From Lama glama (lineage: Eukaryota), in NCBI GenBank assembly GCA_028534125.1, contig CM052817.1, positions 94,676,001 through 94,740,000 of the forward strand: a stretch of DNA of 64,000 bases. Direction: 5' to 3'. The first letter of the stretch is position 1; each line of letters starts with the position of its first letter. The notes beneath the pieces are model-generated. The model was not told where the DNA came from. It ran no database searches and saw only the letters and a program-made list of their open reading frames with translations. This document shows, one piece after another, positions 35,150 to 47,308 of this stretch. The translations under genes were made by a program, and so were the position numbers.

Positions 35150-35990
35150 AAACCACAGGAGAAATGAGCATTCCTCACATTAATTCATACTATTTAATTA
35201 CTTTTCTAGAAATCTGACTATTTTACCACTTTCACAGACATTGTATGTGCTTTTTTTGCTAATATGATTAGCAAATATGATTTTTAATCTCTAAAATTAT
35301 AATATTTAGTGAGGTTGAACATCTTTAAAAATGTTCAATAGCATTGGTATTTCTTCAGTGGTGAAATAATTATCTCTATTCATTCTCCACACAGTTCTTT
35401 GAGTCTGAGTCTATTTCCCTCTGTGTGTTTCATATGATAACATTTAATTATTGGTTCCAATACTTTCCAACTAATTGATCATCCTTTAATTTGGGGGCTT
35501 TTGGACACACAAAGTCTTCTAATTTTTAGATATTCAAACCTATCCATTTTAATTTTTTATGATATTTTGAATGTTTTTAATTCCTCTCCCAACTATTTAG
35601 AGATTAAATAGATATTTGTTTCTACTTTCTTTTAGTTTTCACAGTTCTCTTTGCTGATATTAATTGCCACACTTATTGATCTGGAATTTATTCTAACATT
35701 TAAATAGGTAACCCCTCTTCTGCAATGGTAATATTCTTGCATAATCCATTTATTCTCGATGGATTTGACCTGCCTCTTTTAAAAAACAAGTATTATCTAC
35801 CTATAGAGTGTAGCTAGTTTTCCTCTGTTACTTATTTTAAACACTTCTTGAACCAGTTCTACATAGATTTAATTATCAGAGCTATAGCAGTGTACATATC
35901 CAACAGCGTATTTAGCAACCGTCCACCCAAATGCCCTGCCTTGTTATTATTCTTCCTCCCAAAATAATTCTGAGTTATTTTTAACAGTTT
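35150..35990 (-). mobile_element. Highly decayed L1ME-like ORF2 fragment
   Basis: agtgaggttgaacatcttt, gcattggtatttcttc, tcaaacctatccattttt, atctggaatttatt: antisense ORF2 3' motifs. Confidence 0.55.
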
Positions 35991-37639
35991 AATTCACCAT
36001 CATCAAGCCAATTTCATGGGCAAAACAAATTATTTTAAAGGCACTCACCATTCTTACTGCGAGCATTGGATGTTTTGTCACTCTATGATGCCATGGGACC
36101 CTCCGGACATCTGCACTTAAACAAATATTGTGGTACGTTTCACCTAGAAAGTATTCCATGACCAAGAACATTTGGGAAAGGCGGCTTATTTTACCCTCCT
36201 CTTGGAAATTCACAACAAACATGAACATATGAAAGAGAGAAAAATAAATTGTGAAGTAAAGAAATCCACACAATATTGTTTAACCTAGTGTTTTCCAAAT
36301 TTCCATTTTATTCTACATTTTGCTTAACGATTACTAGCAAACCACCAAAATGGCTTCTCCATTCTAAATGCTCTAAGAATGATATTTCCTTTTGGCTGCT
36401 CCTAGTCCTTTTTCCATCACTTCTGCCTGAAATGCTGCGGGATCCACCAGATAAGGAGCGTGTTAACGACCTAGGAGGGCCCCTAGCTGGCAGAGGACAG
36501 GAGTGCTTAGACCTGGCAGAGGCGCTGACCATGCGTTATGTCAGACCCATCAAAGGGGTTTCCACTCCTTCATGTTGTGGGAGCTCATGGCAGCGACTTC
36601 AGTCAAGGAGAGAGAGGAGCTGGACCGTGTTGCTTCAGGCTCCTGAAGAGAGGCAGGGCCTGCAGCCCAGTTGAAAGCGGGTTACCTCACCACTGAGTAA
36701 CGGCACTGGGTGGCACTCCAGAGACACTGCGGGAAGGGAACAGACCCTTATTCATCCCGTGGGAGATAGTGTTTTTCCTCCACTGGGATGGATTCACGCC
36801 GGCCCGGCGGCTGTTATGGTTAGGCGTGACTTCCTGAGGGGTTTTCTCTGGATTCACAGAAGGTTCCCTGAGTCCCAGGGAAAGCCTGACTCACCCACAG
36901 CCCCGGCAGGGTGGGGCTGGCATGACTGCGATGCAACCTCTACTTGGCAGAACTTCCCCCATGGTAATTTGCAGCCTAAAATCAGCTGCCCCGAGGAGAA
37001 ATGGAAGAACACGACGAGGAAGAGGACCCCAGAGGTGCTGACGGGGCAGTAAAATCTCCTCGCTCAGGCTTCCAACTGGTGCCCTAGGATGACATGTGAG
37101 GGAGCTTGGAAAATATTTTTTTTTCCTCTACAACTTCCTTTTTCGCTACAGCAGCTTCTCCAACAAGTTCCTGTCCCTACACCCTACTAGCTGATGCCTA
37201 GACTAATAATGGTTCCGAACAGTGCTTTGGATAATTGGAGCCAAGCCCGGCGCCATCCTCCCAACACTGAGTCTTACTCCTGAGCTCCCAGACATCAATG
37301 CTAAAGCTTCTTCTCAACGTCCTATCTTGCCTTCTCTATCACTCAAGCTGCAAGAGCAATCTTGGTCTATTTAATGCCACCCCTGGAAGACCTCCTTAAA
37401 TTCTCACACGCTGTCACTCAGGTGCCAACATAAGTACAGATCTGATTTCTGTAAACAAGTGGGGTGATGGAGCTGCCTGGGTGATAAGCCCCTCCAAGGA
37501 AGTCAAGGGTTTGTTTGCCACTACTTAAAGCAAACGGTAGCCAGACGCCAGATAAAGAGACCATAACAGGTTGATCCTGAGGTTGGTCGGGAAAGTGAGT
37601 TGGCAAGTCACAGAAAGAAGAGAAGGAGACACGTGGAAG

Positions 37640-37850
37640 GACAATTTGCCAAGAAGTTCAAATCCCAGGTCTGATTCTTAATAGTTGAGTGACTTCAGGC
37701 CATCTACTTTATCTAGTCTTTAGTTTCCTGTGAAACAGGGGTGGCAATGATGTTTGTTTCACAGGAATGTCATCATGATTCAACAAGACAGTGTGTATAT
37801 AATGCATCTGACCTAGAGTTATGTCCAGGAAATGTTGAGAATTATGGTTA
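37640..37850 (+). mobile_element. MIR
   Basis: gttcaaatcccaggtctgattcttaatagttgagtgacttcaggc...tctttagtttcctgtgaaacaggg. Confidence 0.75.
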
Positions 37851-39540
37851 CAACAGTGGTCTTTGAGGGGTCACTGAAACCTTAGAATTTCAGTTTCCAT
37901 GAGTAACTTTCTGGGAAAATAAGGTCCATAACTTTCATCATGAATTCTCCAAATTATTAAACAACTCCTGCAATCATGGAGAAGAGTCTGAAAATATTAA
38001 GAGTATCACTGGAATAAAAGACAGCGCTTCCAGACAAACTGATCTTTCCAAAGTTACAAAGGTAACAATAAGAATTAATGATATTTGCCAAGGTGTATTT
38101 TTATGTAGAGTCTAATTAACTTCTTCCAGGTAAGTCCATATTATAACAAAAATCCCCTTTGTACAGCACAGCATCCAACATATCATACGTGCTTCAAGAG
38201 TGAAGAGTGAATAAAGATTTAGAAAAAATTGGTTTCAAGAGAAAGTTATACACCAATAGATGGATAAATTAGGCAGATAAGAACACGAACAAGTATAGTC
38301 CAAAGGTCACCTTAGGGGGGATGTAAGCAGCCCTCTTAGCATTTATTTCACAAGAATATTTCAGTTTTCAAACATTTATGATTTGAATACCAAAAATTCA
38401 CTGGAACAGTATCTTTTCAACAGCAGACCAAAGTTTAAGTTTAAAGGATCAGCCACCCTTACATTCTGCTTGAGAACAAAGTACAAATCACAGTTTCATT
38501 GGTTTTCCTCTTATGGTCCTTACGTGAAGTGCATCATTGAAATGTACATTTATAGAAATTTCCCAGAACCACCTATGATAAACAAAACAGAAAAGGGAAA
38601 ATTCTTAAAAACCAAAAGGAAAACAGCCAAGATGGCAAGTAAATTATCTTCTGTGGTGATAAGGTTGGGAGAGAAAGGGGATATGTTTGTGCAAAGCAAC
38701 CACAAAGTGCCATCGGAGCTACTGATGGATAAGCTGTTTCTGAAACCACTGCTTTTTAAAGAAACCCTACCAGCAGCAACAAGCAACTCACTGGCTGCAC
38801 ATTTGTCTTCAAACTGGTGGGTTTTGTTTTTTTTTGGCAAAAGGCTGATAAGCACAACTTAACTTGAGAGAGAAACTGTATATATTTTTCATTTACACAC
38901 AGCGCCAATGGGAAACTACAGAATGTCTACAACTGTGGGAGCAGGGAACAAATATGCTTATGAGAAGGCAAACGGAGATGCTGGCCAGGTGGAACTAAAT
39001 TCTAGGCAGGGCAAAAAAGTTAAAGAAAAACTGGCCACTGGGAGTGGAGGTAAATCCCTCCTAGAAACTCGAGTTTTTGTTGTTATCTTTCTCCAACAAA
39101 TAACATTTCTGCCTAGATTTCCTAAGAAATTCTAAACTGAAATTTTACAGGGTACTGATTTAATAGCTTCCTTTCTGGCCAGTGTATTTTTATGAAGCCT
39201 GAAAATAGAATTGGAAAAGTAAGTTAACTGATGCAGATCCTACTGTCTCTTTAATAAAGCAAACAGCGATGCCAGAGTCTGATCACACAGTTAAGTATAG
39301 AAGTGTCAACTCTTGGGATGAATAAGGAACATGGAGCCCCAGATCATCATTCATAACATCAGGGAAGCCTGCAGAGCCACATTTCTCAAATTATGTTGCA
39401 CAGAATACTAGTTTCATAGGATATTAGCAGGTGATATGTCAAATTAATGTTCTGTAGTCAAATTTCTCACTCCCTTGCTAAGAAAAAAGGTCATATATAT
39501 ATACAGATACACATAAGAGACAAACTCAAAGCAGGATTTT

Positions 39541-40545
39541 TTTGAAGTATACTTTTTTACTGAAGTATAGTTGATTTACAATATTGTGTTAATTTCAGAT
39601 GTACAGTGTAGTGATTCAGTATTTTTGCAGATTGTTGGCATTATAGGTTATTTTAAAATAATGGGCATAATTCCCTGTGCTATACAGTATATCCGTGTTG
39701 CTTAATCTATTTTATACATAGTAGTTTGTGTTCCTTAATACCATATCCCTAATTTGTCCCTCCCCCTTTCTTTCTCTCCTTTGGTAACCACAAGTTTGTT
39801 TTCTGTATCTGTGAATCTCTTTCTGTTTTGTATATATATTCATTTGTATTATTTTTTGGATTCCACATATAAGTGATATCATTCAGTATTTGTCTTTCTC
39901 TATCTGACTTATTTCACAGTTCTCTAGGTCCATTCATGTTGCTGCAAATGGCAGTACTCATTCTTTTTTATGGCTGAGTAATATTCCATTATATATACTA
40001 TATATGTGTGTGTATATATATAAAATCTCACATCTTCTTAATCCAATCATCTGTCAATGGGCATTTAGGTTGCTTCCATGTCTTGGTTATTGTAAATAGT
40101 GCTGTTATGAACACTGGGGTGCATGCATCTTTCAAACTAGTGTTTTTGGTTTTTCCAGATATATGCCCAGGAGTGGAATTGCTGGATCAATCATATGGTA
40201 ACTCTATTTTTAGTTTCTTAAGAAGCCTCCATACTGTTTTCCTTAAGGGGCACACCAACTGACATTCCCACCAATAGTATATGAAAGTTCCCTTTTCTCC
40301 ACATCCTTGCCAACATTTGTTATTTGTAGATTGAAAATTTTTTTTCTTTGTTTTGGTGGGGAGGTAATTAGGTTTACTTATTTCTTTATTTATTTTAATG
40401 GCAGTACTGGGGATTGAACCCTTGACCTTGTGCATGCTGAGCACGTGCTCTACTACTGAGCTACACCCTCCCCCTGTTATTTGTACTTTTTGATGATAGC
40501 CATTCTGACACGTCTGAGGTGATACCTCATTATGGTTTTCATTTC
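39541..40545 (-). mobile_element. About 1-kb 5'-truncated L1 3' end with TSD
   Basis: Antisense L1 ORF2 end and 3' UTR (gccattctgac..gtctgaggtgatacctcatt; gttgcttccatgtcttgg). TSD caaagcaggatttt (39527-39540) / caaagcaaggatttt (40546-40560). Confidence 0.93.
40329..40474 (-). mobile_element. Vic-1-type SINE nested in L1
   Basis: gggaggtaattagg...gtactggggattgaacccttgaccttgtgcatgctgagcacgtgctctactactgagctacaccctcccc. TSD tgttatttgta at 40318-40328 and 40475-40485. Confidence 0.93.
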
Positions 40546-43500
40546 CAAAGCAAGGATTTTTATAACATGTTTTAATAAATTTTCCAGGTTATGGTCTAAG
40601 ACTGGTCATGGTTCTATGACCTACTTTTAGTCCCAAACTGTGTTTAAGAACACTTGTTCCACAAAAAACATACACGCATACATAATATATAAATAATGTA
40701 CTTGGTAAAATAATTTTGAGAATTTCTATAATACACCCCTTATTTTTAAGAATCACAATGTACATTAGTTCACTAAAAGCTCTAAAAAGTCTTATAGCAA
40801 CAAACCTCTATTTAAGCTAGCATTGCCAAAATTTATCTCATCATGAAACTCTCTTCTTTTTTAATAGGTAATATTTATTAATAACTCATAGAACTCAGAA
40901 CTCACTTTGGAATATACTGGCATAGAAAAATACTTAATGACATAAATTTAATTAAAGCATACAAACAAAGGTTAAAAAACCAAACCAAGAGTCACAAGAC
41001 AATGTGTACACTAGGATCCTATTTTTGTAAGATAATCACATATTTGTTTTTCCTATTTTTCTATATATATTTTTGTTACAAAAATGTTTTCGATAACATT
41101 TTCCAAAAACATTTAATATTGTTTTATTTGGCATGAGGGAAAGCTACCTGGAGTATAGACCCATTTTCTAAGGTTTCCAAGCATTCTCCTCTCTTTTAGG
41201 GTTATAACTGGAGCCAAACACCTTCAGTGAGTGACGGCCCTGTCTTGCTACGCTGGGTGTTGAATGTTGAATATTGAATGCCCTGGGAAGTGCCCCAGGC
41301 TCCTATTTCTACTCCTAATTGGTGCACCTGAAACATATCCATTGACCCGAGCTTTGAATGGCCTGCATAATTAGTATGTATATAGCAAGGAGGCCAAATG
41401 TAAAGACGAAGTAACCCCATGCTTTTTCCCCTCAAACAGCAACTTTAGGCACCTTACAAAATACCATTCAATTTTATCTAAATGTCCATTTCCTCCCTGA
41501 GTGAACACAAGCACTGGTTTTCTCCCTCACTTTCGCAGGTGGGCCAAGGATCGCTGAGCAGCAATACGCTGGGAGCAGACAGATGATGGGAAACAAGAGA
41601 AGCTGCTTGGCCCTCAACTCCCCAGAAGCCGCCCTTTGAAACAAGAAATGACAGGAAGGTTGCTACAGCGGAGACGTATACCACCAGGAAAGGTAGTATG
41701 TGAAACTTTGGTAGGGCAGAGGAAGAGCTGCCGGGATTAAGGAAGGAGGCAGGGGACAGAGACTCCACCTTGAAAAAGCTGATAACTGAATGCTTAGAGT
41801 AGGAGAAAAGTAAGTAACAGATGCATCCACTTTGGCTCTGCTGGGATGCGGCTCTAAGCTCTGAGCCATGAGGGAAGCGGGAAGGCTTCGAGAGCTGGAG
41901 GGTAATATCGCACGCAGAAAACTGAGCTGGAAAAACAGTGTAAATTGATCAACCAGAAAGTGTGTGTGTGTCTGCCTCTATGGAACATGCATGAGGCTCC
42001 CAGCTGGAGGTGGACGACCAGGTCCATACCCGCAGTAAGCAAGCTTTCTGGTTGGCTAGATGGCATATCTAGAGAAACGCTAAGAAAGGAAGAAATAAAA
42101 ACAGCAGGTAATTCGGTTCTACATGAGCCTGGCACAGAGCCTGGAAAATAGGTACTTACTATATGTTTATTGAATTTAATTAGTTCTTTAAGCTGTCAGA
42201 GGGCTAGACATGAGATCTCTGCAGAGTTATACAGGAAATGAGGATTCCTATTAAGCAGTAACAGACAGGAACAATGGCACAGGTGGTGAAATGAACCTCT
42301 GGAACACGCTGGGGAGAAGGCAATTAGAAAAGTTTTTAAATCTAAAAATCTGCAATTTAAATTTGATCAGAAAGGTGTATTAGAACCTAATATGCTCTAA
42401 GAGGGTAAGTGACCATCAAAAGAAGTCCTGAGGATCACAGCTGCTGGTGAGAAAGAATGACTGAAGAGAGATGAGTCTTGAATGAGGCAAACCAACAACA
42501 AGTCTATTTCTAGGTTTGTGCTACAGCTTTCATGACATCACTTCGGAACTATTGTCAGGAACTGATGGTAGACTTGGGGGTTAGACTGAAAAAAAAACAC
42601 GTTTGGGGCTCAGCCAATGCAATTCATTTATTCGGAAAATCTGGGTGGGCATTCAACCACGGTAAGAGATATACTACAGCAACTACCCATTTTTATAATA
42701 AAAAGGTTTGTGAAATGTTTCATTATTTGTTACACTTTAAACTGAACTCTAGTACAATAAAAATATGTGTGTGCCAACACGTGTGCTTGGCAATGTGAGA
42801 ATCTTGTCTGATATACGGAGTCCAGGAAAACCAAAAGCAGTAATATGGACTAGACGAGCAGTAACCTCAATGGGCAAAAAGATACCCTCTTCACTGGCAT
42901 CATCTTAACTGGGAGAAAGAAGAAGGAAGAGGAGGGCGCAGTTGAAACTTTTGTCCTCAGTACATTTTCTAAGTGATCTGCATCCACATGGGACGTGAGC
43001 CATCACAAAATGAATTCCCATTTTCTGGTGCTTACAAAGCAGGCTGCAGTGAAGCCTGAGCCCAGCACAGCACGGGCTGTGTGGCCCGATCTTGTATACA
43101 TTAGCTTATTGCTTATATGAATGTCCCTTGCAGCTTTCTTGGCTGTCCATGGCAAAGGCCCTGTGGCACGCACATCAGAGATGAGTAGAAACCTACTATG
43201 TGCCTCATTCTCCCTTCATCGCAAGCACAGCCACACATATTTCCAAACCACAAACCAAAACTCGTTTCTATTGCTGCTTATATAAGCTACCAATACTTTA
43301 ATTGTATGCATTTGTGCAGTGCTGCGTGTAGCTGGGTGCATGCGTTCTTTAACACATCTGTCCTCCCTGCTTATCTGAGGAGGCAGACCCTGAAGAGTAT
43401 GACCCAATCCATCTCACTTCATGCCAGCACGATGTGAAAAGATGCCTACATAGAACAGACAGAGCAGTTCACTGAAGCATGTAGAGCAATCTGTTGGCCT

Positions 43501-44399
43501 TATCAAATATCTGCAACTATCTGCCTCTAGCTGTTGGAAATAAGAACTCATCACACTATAGTCAGCACCTATTTCCAATATGAACGCCTTTCAACTGTGA
43601 TGAAAAATCATTGCATTACTGATAAGTATGAAATCTCCAAAGATAGCCCCATACTTAAGGACCTACCTGCTGAGATCAAGTGCTCAACCACGTGGAAAAT
43701 CACCTCACTTTCAAAGCGGCAGAAGTACTGATATGTCCAGGCACCCTCACAAGGCTGTTCTCTCTCAGTCTCCAATTTTTTTTAAATCCAACCCTGCTTT
43801 GGCTTCCAGCAGGAGAGCCCAAAGGTAAACAGATGCATCTCAATTTATTGCATTGGAGGAAAAAATGTAGATGGTCGTGGCTTTTTTGCTGCAATTGATT
43901 GTTTAGAGTGGAGCTCTGAATTATACTCTGAACCAGGCTTTGTGTGAGTTAAGTTATCAATGAGCCATCTAGTGCTAAAATCTTGAAGAAAAAATTGTAC
44001 AGGCTGGAGGAGTGGAGGAAGGAAAAAGCTGCCTCTATTTTATATTTGTTAATGAGGCTAAGAAGCTGCCCATCTTCCCCTGAAACCTAGAAGTTTTGAA
44101 AAAGAAGAGTATAGGACCTTCCAGGATGATTTCCATGCATTAAGTTCCACCATTCATTTCATTTCATAAAGGCATTTTTGTTCCTGAAATCATTACTCCA
44201 GATAAGAAAATGTCCCATCATGATTCTGTGAAACCAGACCCAGAGAACACATTTTGGCAGTGTCTCTTGACCAAAGAGTGGTACTCAGTATCAGGACTTG
44301 TTTTTCTCCCAAAGACAGATGCCACCAATGTTAGACTGCATTCGCAATGGAAATCATCGCTTGGGCACGGAATCCAGCCACAGAGGATTTGGCAAAAAG

Positions 44400-44630
44400 G
44401 CTGTAACCTCTTCTCTCTCCTCACCAGTGAGAATCCCACCACAGTTTTCCATCCGTTGGTGACCTCCATCCCAGATTACCTCAATGCCCTTTGCTCAAGG
44501 CTATGGTTAAAGACCTCCCAGAAGCTCCAGCTGTTGGTGCAGAATACATCAGTTGTCTAGCTGCTAACGGTCATAGGCTGACGTGACTGGAGTGCCTCCG
44601 AATCCCCAGGGCCCATCTGGCTTAGGCTGG
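44400..44630 (+). mobile_element. Ancient L2-clade LINE ORF2 C-terminal fragment
   Basis: Translates to TTVFHPLVTSIPDYLNALCSRLWLKTSQKLQLLVQNTSVV*LLTVIG*RDWSASESPGPIWL. This aligns with the L2-clade post-RT motif (..HAxVTSRLDYCNxLxxGLPxKxxxKLQLVQNxAARLLT...HITPxLxxLHWL). Confidence 0.75.
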
Positions 44631-46937
44631 TGGCCCCAAGCCCTTCCATCAGCCTGACTCACTGAGTTTTTCAAGAAGTATATTGGGCCTGTTGATACTT
44701 TCCAACTTCTGAATCTCCCTGCACTTCTAGGCAAGGAGATGGATTGAATGTAAGTAAAAGGTAGAAAACACTCTTAAGAATGGACAGATGTAAAAGGAAA
44801 TAATCAGTGAATTCTCTCAGCTGTGCACAATGAATTAGGCAAGAAACTGGCAGTAAAGAAAGTATGATTCTCTCTGAAAGGAGGCCATGGAATGCACACG
44901 CTTACCAGCTGGAGGCCAGAGACTGGAGCAAGATGGTCTCCCTAGCTAGTTCCTACTATCAAAACAGCTAATTGAGAGTTTGAAGAAAACGCATATGAAA
45001 TAGCAATTTTCATCATAGAAGACATACGACTTGATTCTGCTTCCTGTGGTCTGCAGGGAAATTCAAGATTATCAGCAAGGATCACAGGTCTGTTGACTAT
45101 GGAAATATAATATAAAAAAAATAGCAAGGCACAATGTTGCTGTCCTTAAATGCTTCACTTCCAGAAGTTTGCTTTCATTAAACACTTGCTTTGAAATCAG
45201 AAACAGAAATCAGTGCGCCAACTACATGAAAGGCTCAGTGGTTATGTTCGTTCTACTCTTTTGAGTTTTGGACTAGTCACTGTTTATTTAAAACTGGGCA
45301 TTAGAAAACAATTTTAAAACATTCATTGAGAATAACTAACGTAACACGGTGCATACACTGTAAGAAGGTTTACTGAGATAGTTGACAGGCACGTGCCACA
45401 GTGATAACTCCTGTTCCACTCAGAGAAATCGGCCATGCTTGCTGACAGCAAAACCAGAGGTGCGCTCAAGGGAGGCAATCCACATGCAAATGGCAGAACC
45501 AGCATCTAGTGCTGTCATAAAAGATTCAAGCAAGCCAGTAGGAATGACCCACCTGGGAATCAAGGTGAACTCTTTCACTATCCAAAGAGAAAGACGCTTC
45601 ATAACCAAGCATTTCAAGTGAATGGATACTCATAAATTGAGACTCAAGTTAAACAAATCAGATTCATAGAATGAATTCCCAGAAGCTGTTTTATGCTAGT
45701 AAGTACATTAAAGTAACTCTGTAGAAATCGTTACTGTCTGTATTTCAGACGTTCCTAGGAGCGTTTAAAAAAAGGAGCTGATGACAAATCAGCATACTCA
45801 GTGAAGATAACTGTATGAGGAAACACATGTTAAAATATACTGACACCGATCCTATGCATGTATTGCAGGGACATAGCTCACACGCATCTCCCTGGAAAGC
45901 CTTGGGGTCTCCATCCTGATTCCTCATGAAGCCTCCTTCGCAACACTGGTTATCTTCATCATGGTCCCCACACTGACCCAGCCAGTTAACAGCTACAGGG
46001 CCCCATGCCTGCCAGCGTGTTTACTACAAGTGTAACGATCCTGCCAATGGCGTCCCCATTCTAAGGACTCCACTTAGAAGATGAGCATTTAGAGAATTAA
46101 CAGCATGGGAATGAAACCGGGCATTGGTGGCTGGTGATTATTAGTTAAAGAGGCAGACATGGCCCCGCCCCAGTGAAGAGGGAAAAGAGCAAAGGTAAAG
46201 ACACGGGGCAGTGGGGAGGTTGGGGTGGGGTTGAGGGGAGTGTCCAGTTAAAGCGGAAACTGAGGGAGGATACAAAGGAGGGGACAAACTGGTTATTCAG
46301 AATCTTCAAATATAGGCAGAGACATTTAAACCTGATTCAGAAAGAAAACAGACCCCAAGAACTAACAGAGGAAAAAGAATGCTGCTGCAGCCGATAATTA
46401 AAAGTCCATTGCTCCCCTACCTTATCCTTGATTTTCTGTTACTTTATGATACTTCTTGTAAGTATCCTTAAGCTGTGTTTCCTGGTTAAGGTTACTTTCT
46501 TCCATAAGCATTTGCTGGGACTCTACCCCGCCCTGGGCATGCAGCAGTCATTAAGATAAATTCCCCATCGCCTGAAAATGGAAAGGGTATCATGTCTCTA
46601 GATAATGTGGCGAAAATAGAAATTCTTCTAAAATAAAAGTTTTGGTATGATGCATTTCTAATCTGAATGGGGAACAGCTTTCATGGGCTGAAAATCAATG
46701 GAAGAAATAAAGAAAGTAGGGACAGATTCAAATATGTAAAAATTTTTAAATAACTGCTTGTCAAAACTTCTAAATTAAAAAGAGAAAAAAGGAGAAAATC
46801 TAAGCATAGTTAACCTAAAAGTTGATACTAATAGTTAAAAATGGAAAGCAAACAGAAATAACATTTGCAACAAACACGGATATTGTAATTATGAAGCAGA
46901 CACAGACTTGATAAATCCAAAAGATGTGATCTGACAC

Positions 46938-47308
46938 TGCTGTGGTCTGAAGGTCTGTATTGCCCCCAAATTCATATGTTGAAATCCTAACCCCCAAAGA
47001 TGAGGGCATTAGGAGGTGGGGCCTTGGGAAGATGCTTAAGTCATGAGGGGGGAGCCCTCATGAATGGGACTGGCTTCCTTATAGAAAAAAGGCTCCAGAG
47101 AAGTCCCCAGCCTGTTTCATGATGTGAGGACCCAGTGAGAAGGTCCCGGCTATGAACCAGGAAGATGGTGCTCACCAGAGAAGGCAAGCATGCTCATGCC
47201 TTGATTTTGAACTTCCCAGCTTGTAAAATTGTGAGCGATAAATTTCAGTTGTTTATAAGCTACCTTGTCTGTGATATTTTGTTACAGCATCCTCAACAGA
47301 CTAAGACA
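46938..47308 (+). mobile_element. MLT1A/MLT1A0-like MaLR solo LTR
   Basis: tgctgtggtctgaa...ccccaaattcatatgttgaaatcctaaccccca...attaggaggtggggcctt...ttgtttataagctacc...gttacagcatcctcaacagactaagaca. About 370 bp. Confidence 0.92.

Larger units (their letters stand above)
39380..40920. mobile_element. MER112-like hAT-Charlie element split by L1 and SINE insertions
   Basis: Left part 'catttctcaaattatgttgcacagaatactagtttc'. Right part 'aaagctctaaaaagtcttatagcaacaaacct...gaactcactttggaatatactg'. Family assignment from memory. Confidence 0.5.

Noticed and set aside
38383..38862. 159-aa ORF with non-ATG start
   Set aside because: K/F-rich composition driven by A/T tracts and no recognisable homology.
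41539..41693. Plus-strand exon-like segment with a good acceptor
   Set aside because: Stops in all three frames and a weak donor, so it cannot be a coding exon and nothing else supports it.
44210..44560. 116-aa ORF as a host gene
   Set aside because: Only the C-terminal part is recognisable, and it is L2-clade ORF2 that continues past in-frame stops. It is reported as a retroposon relic instead.
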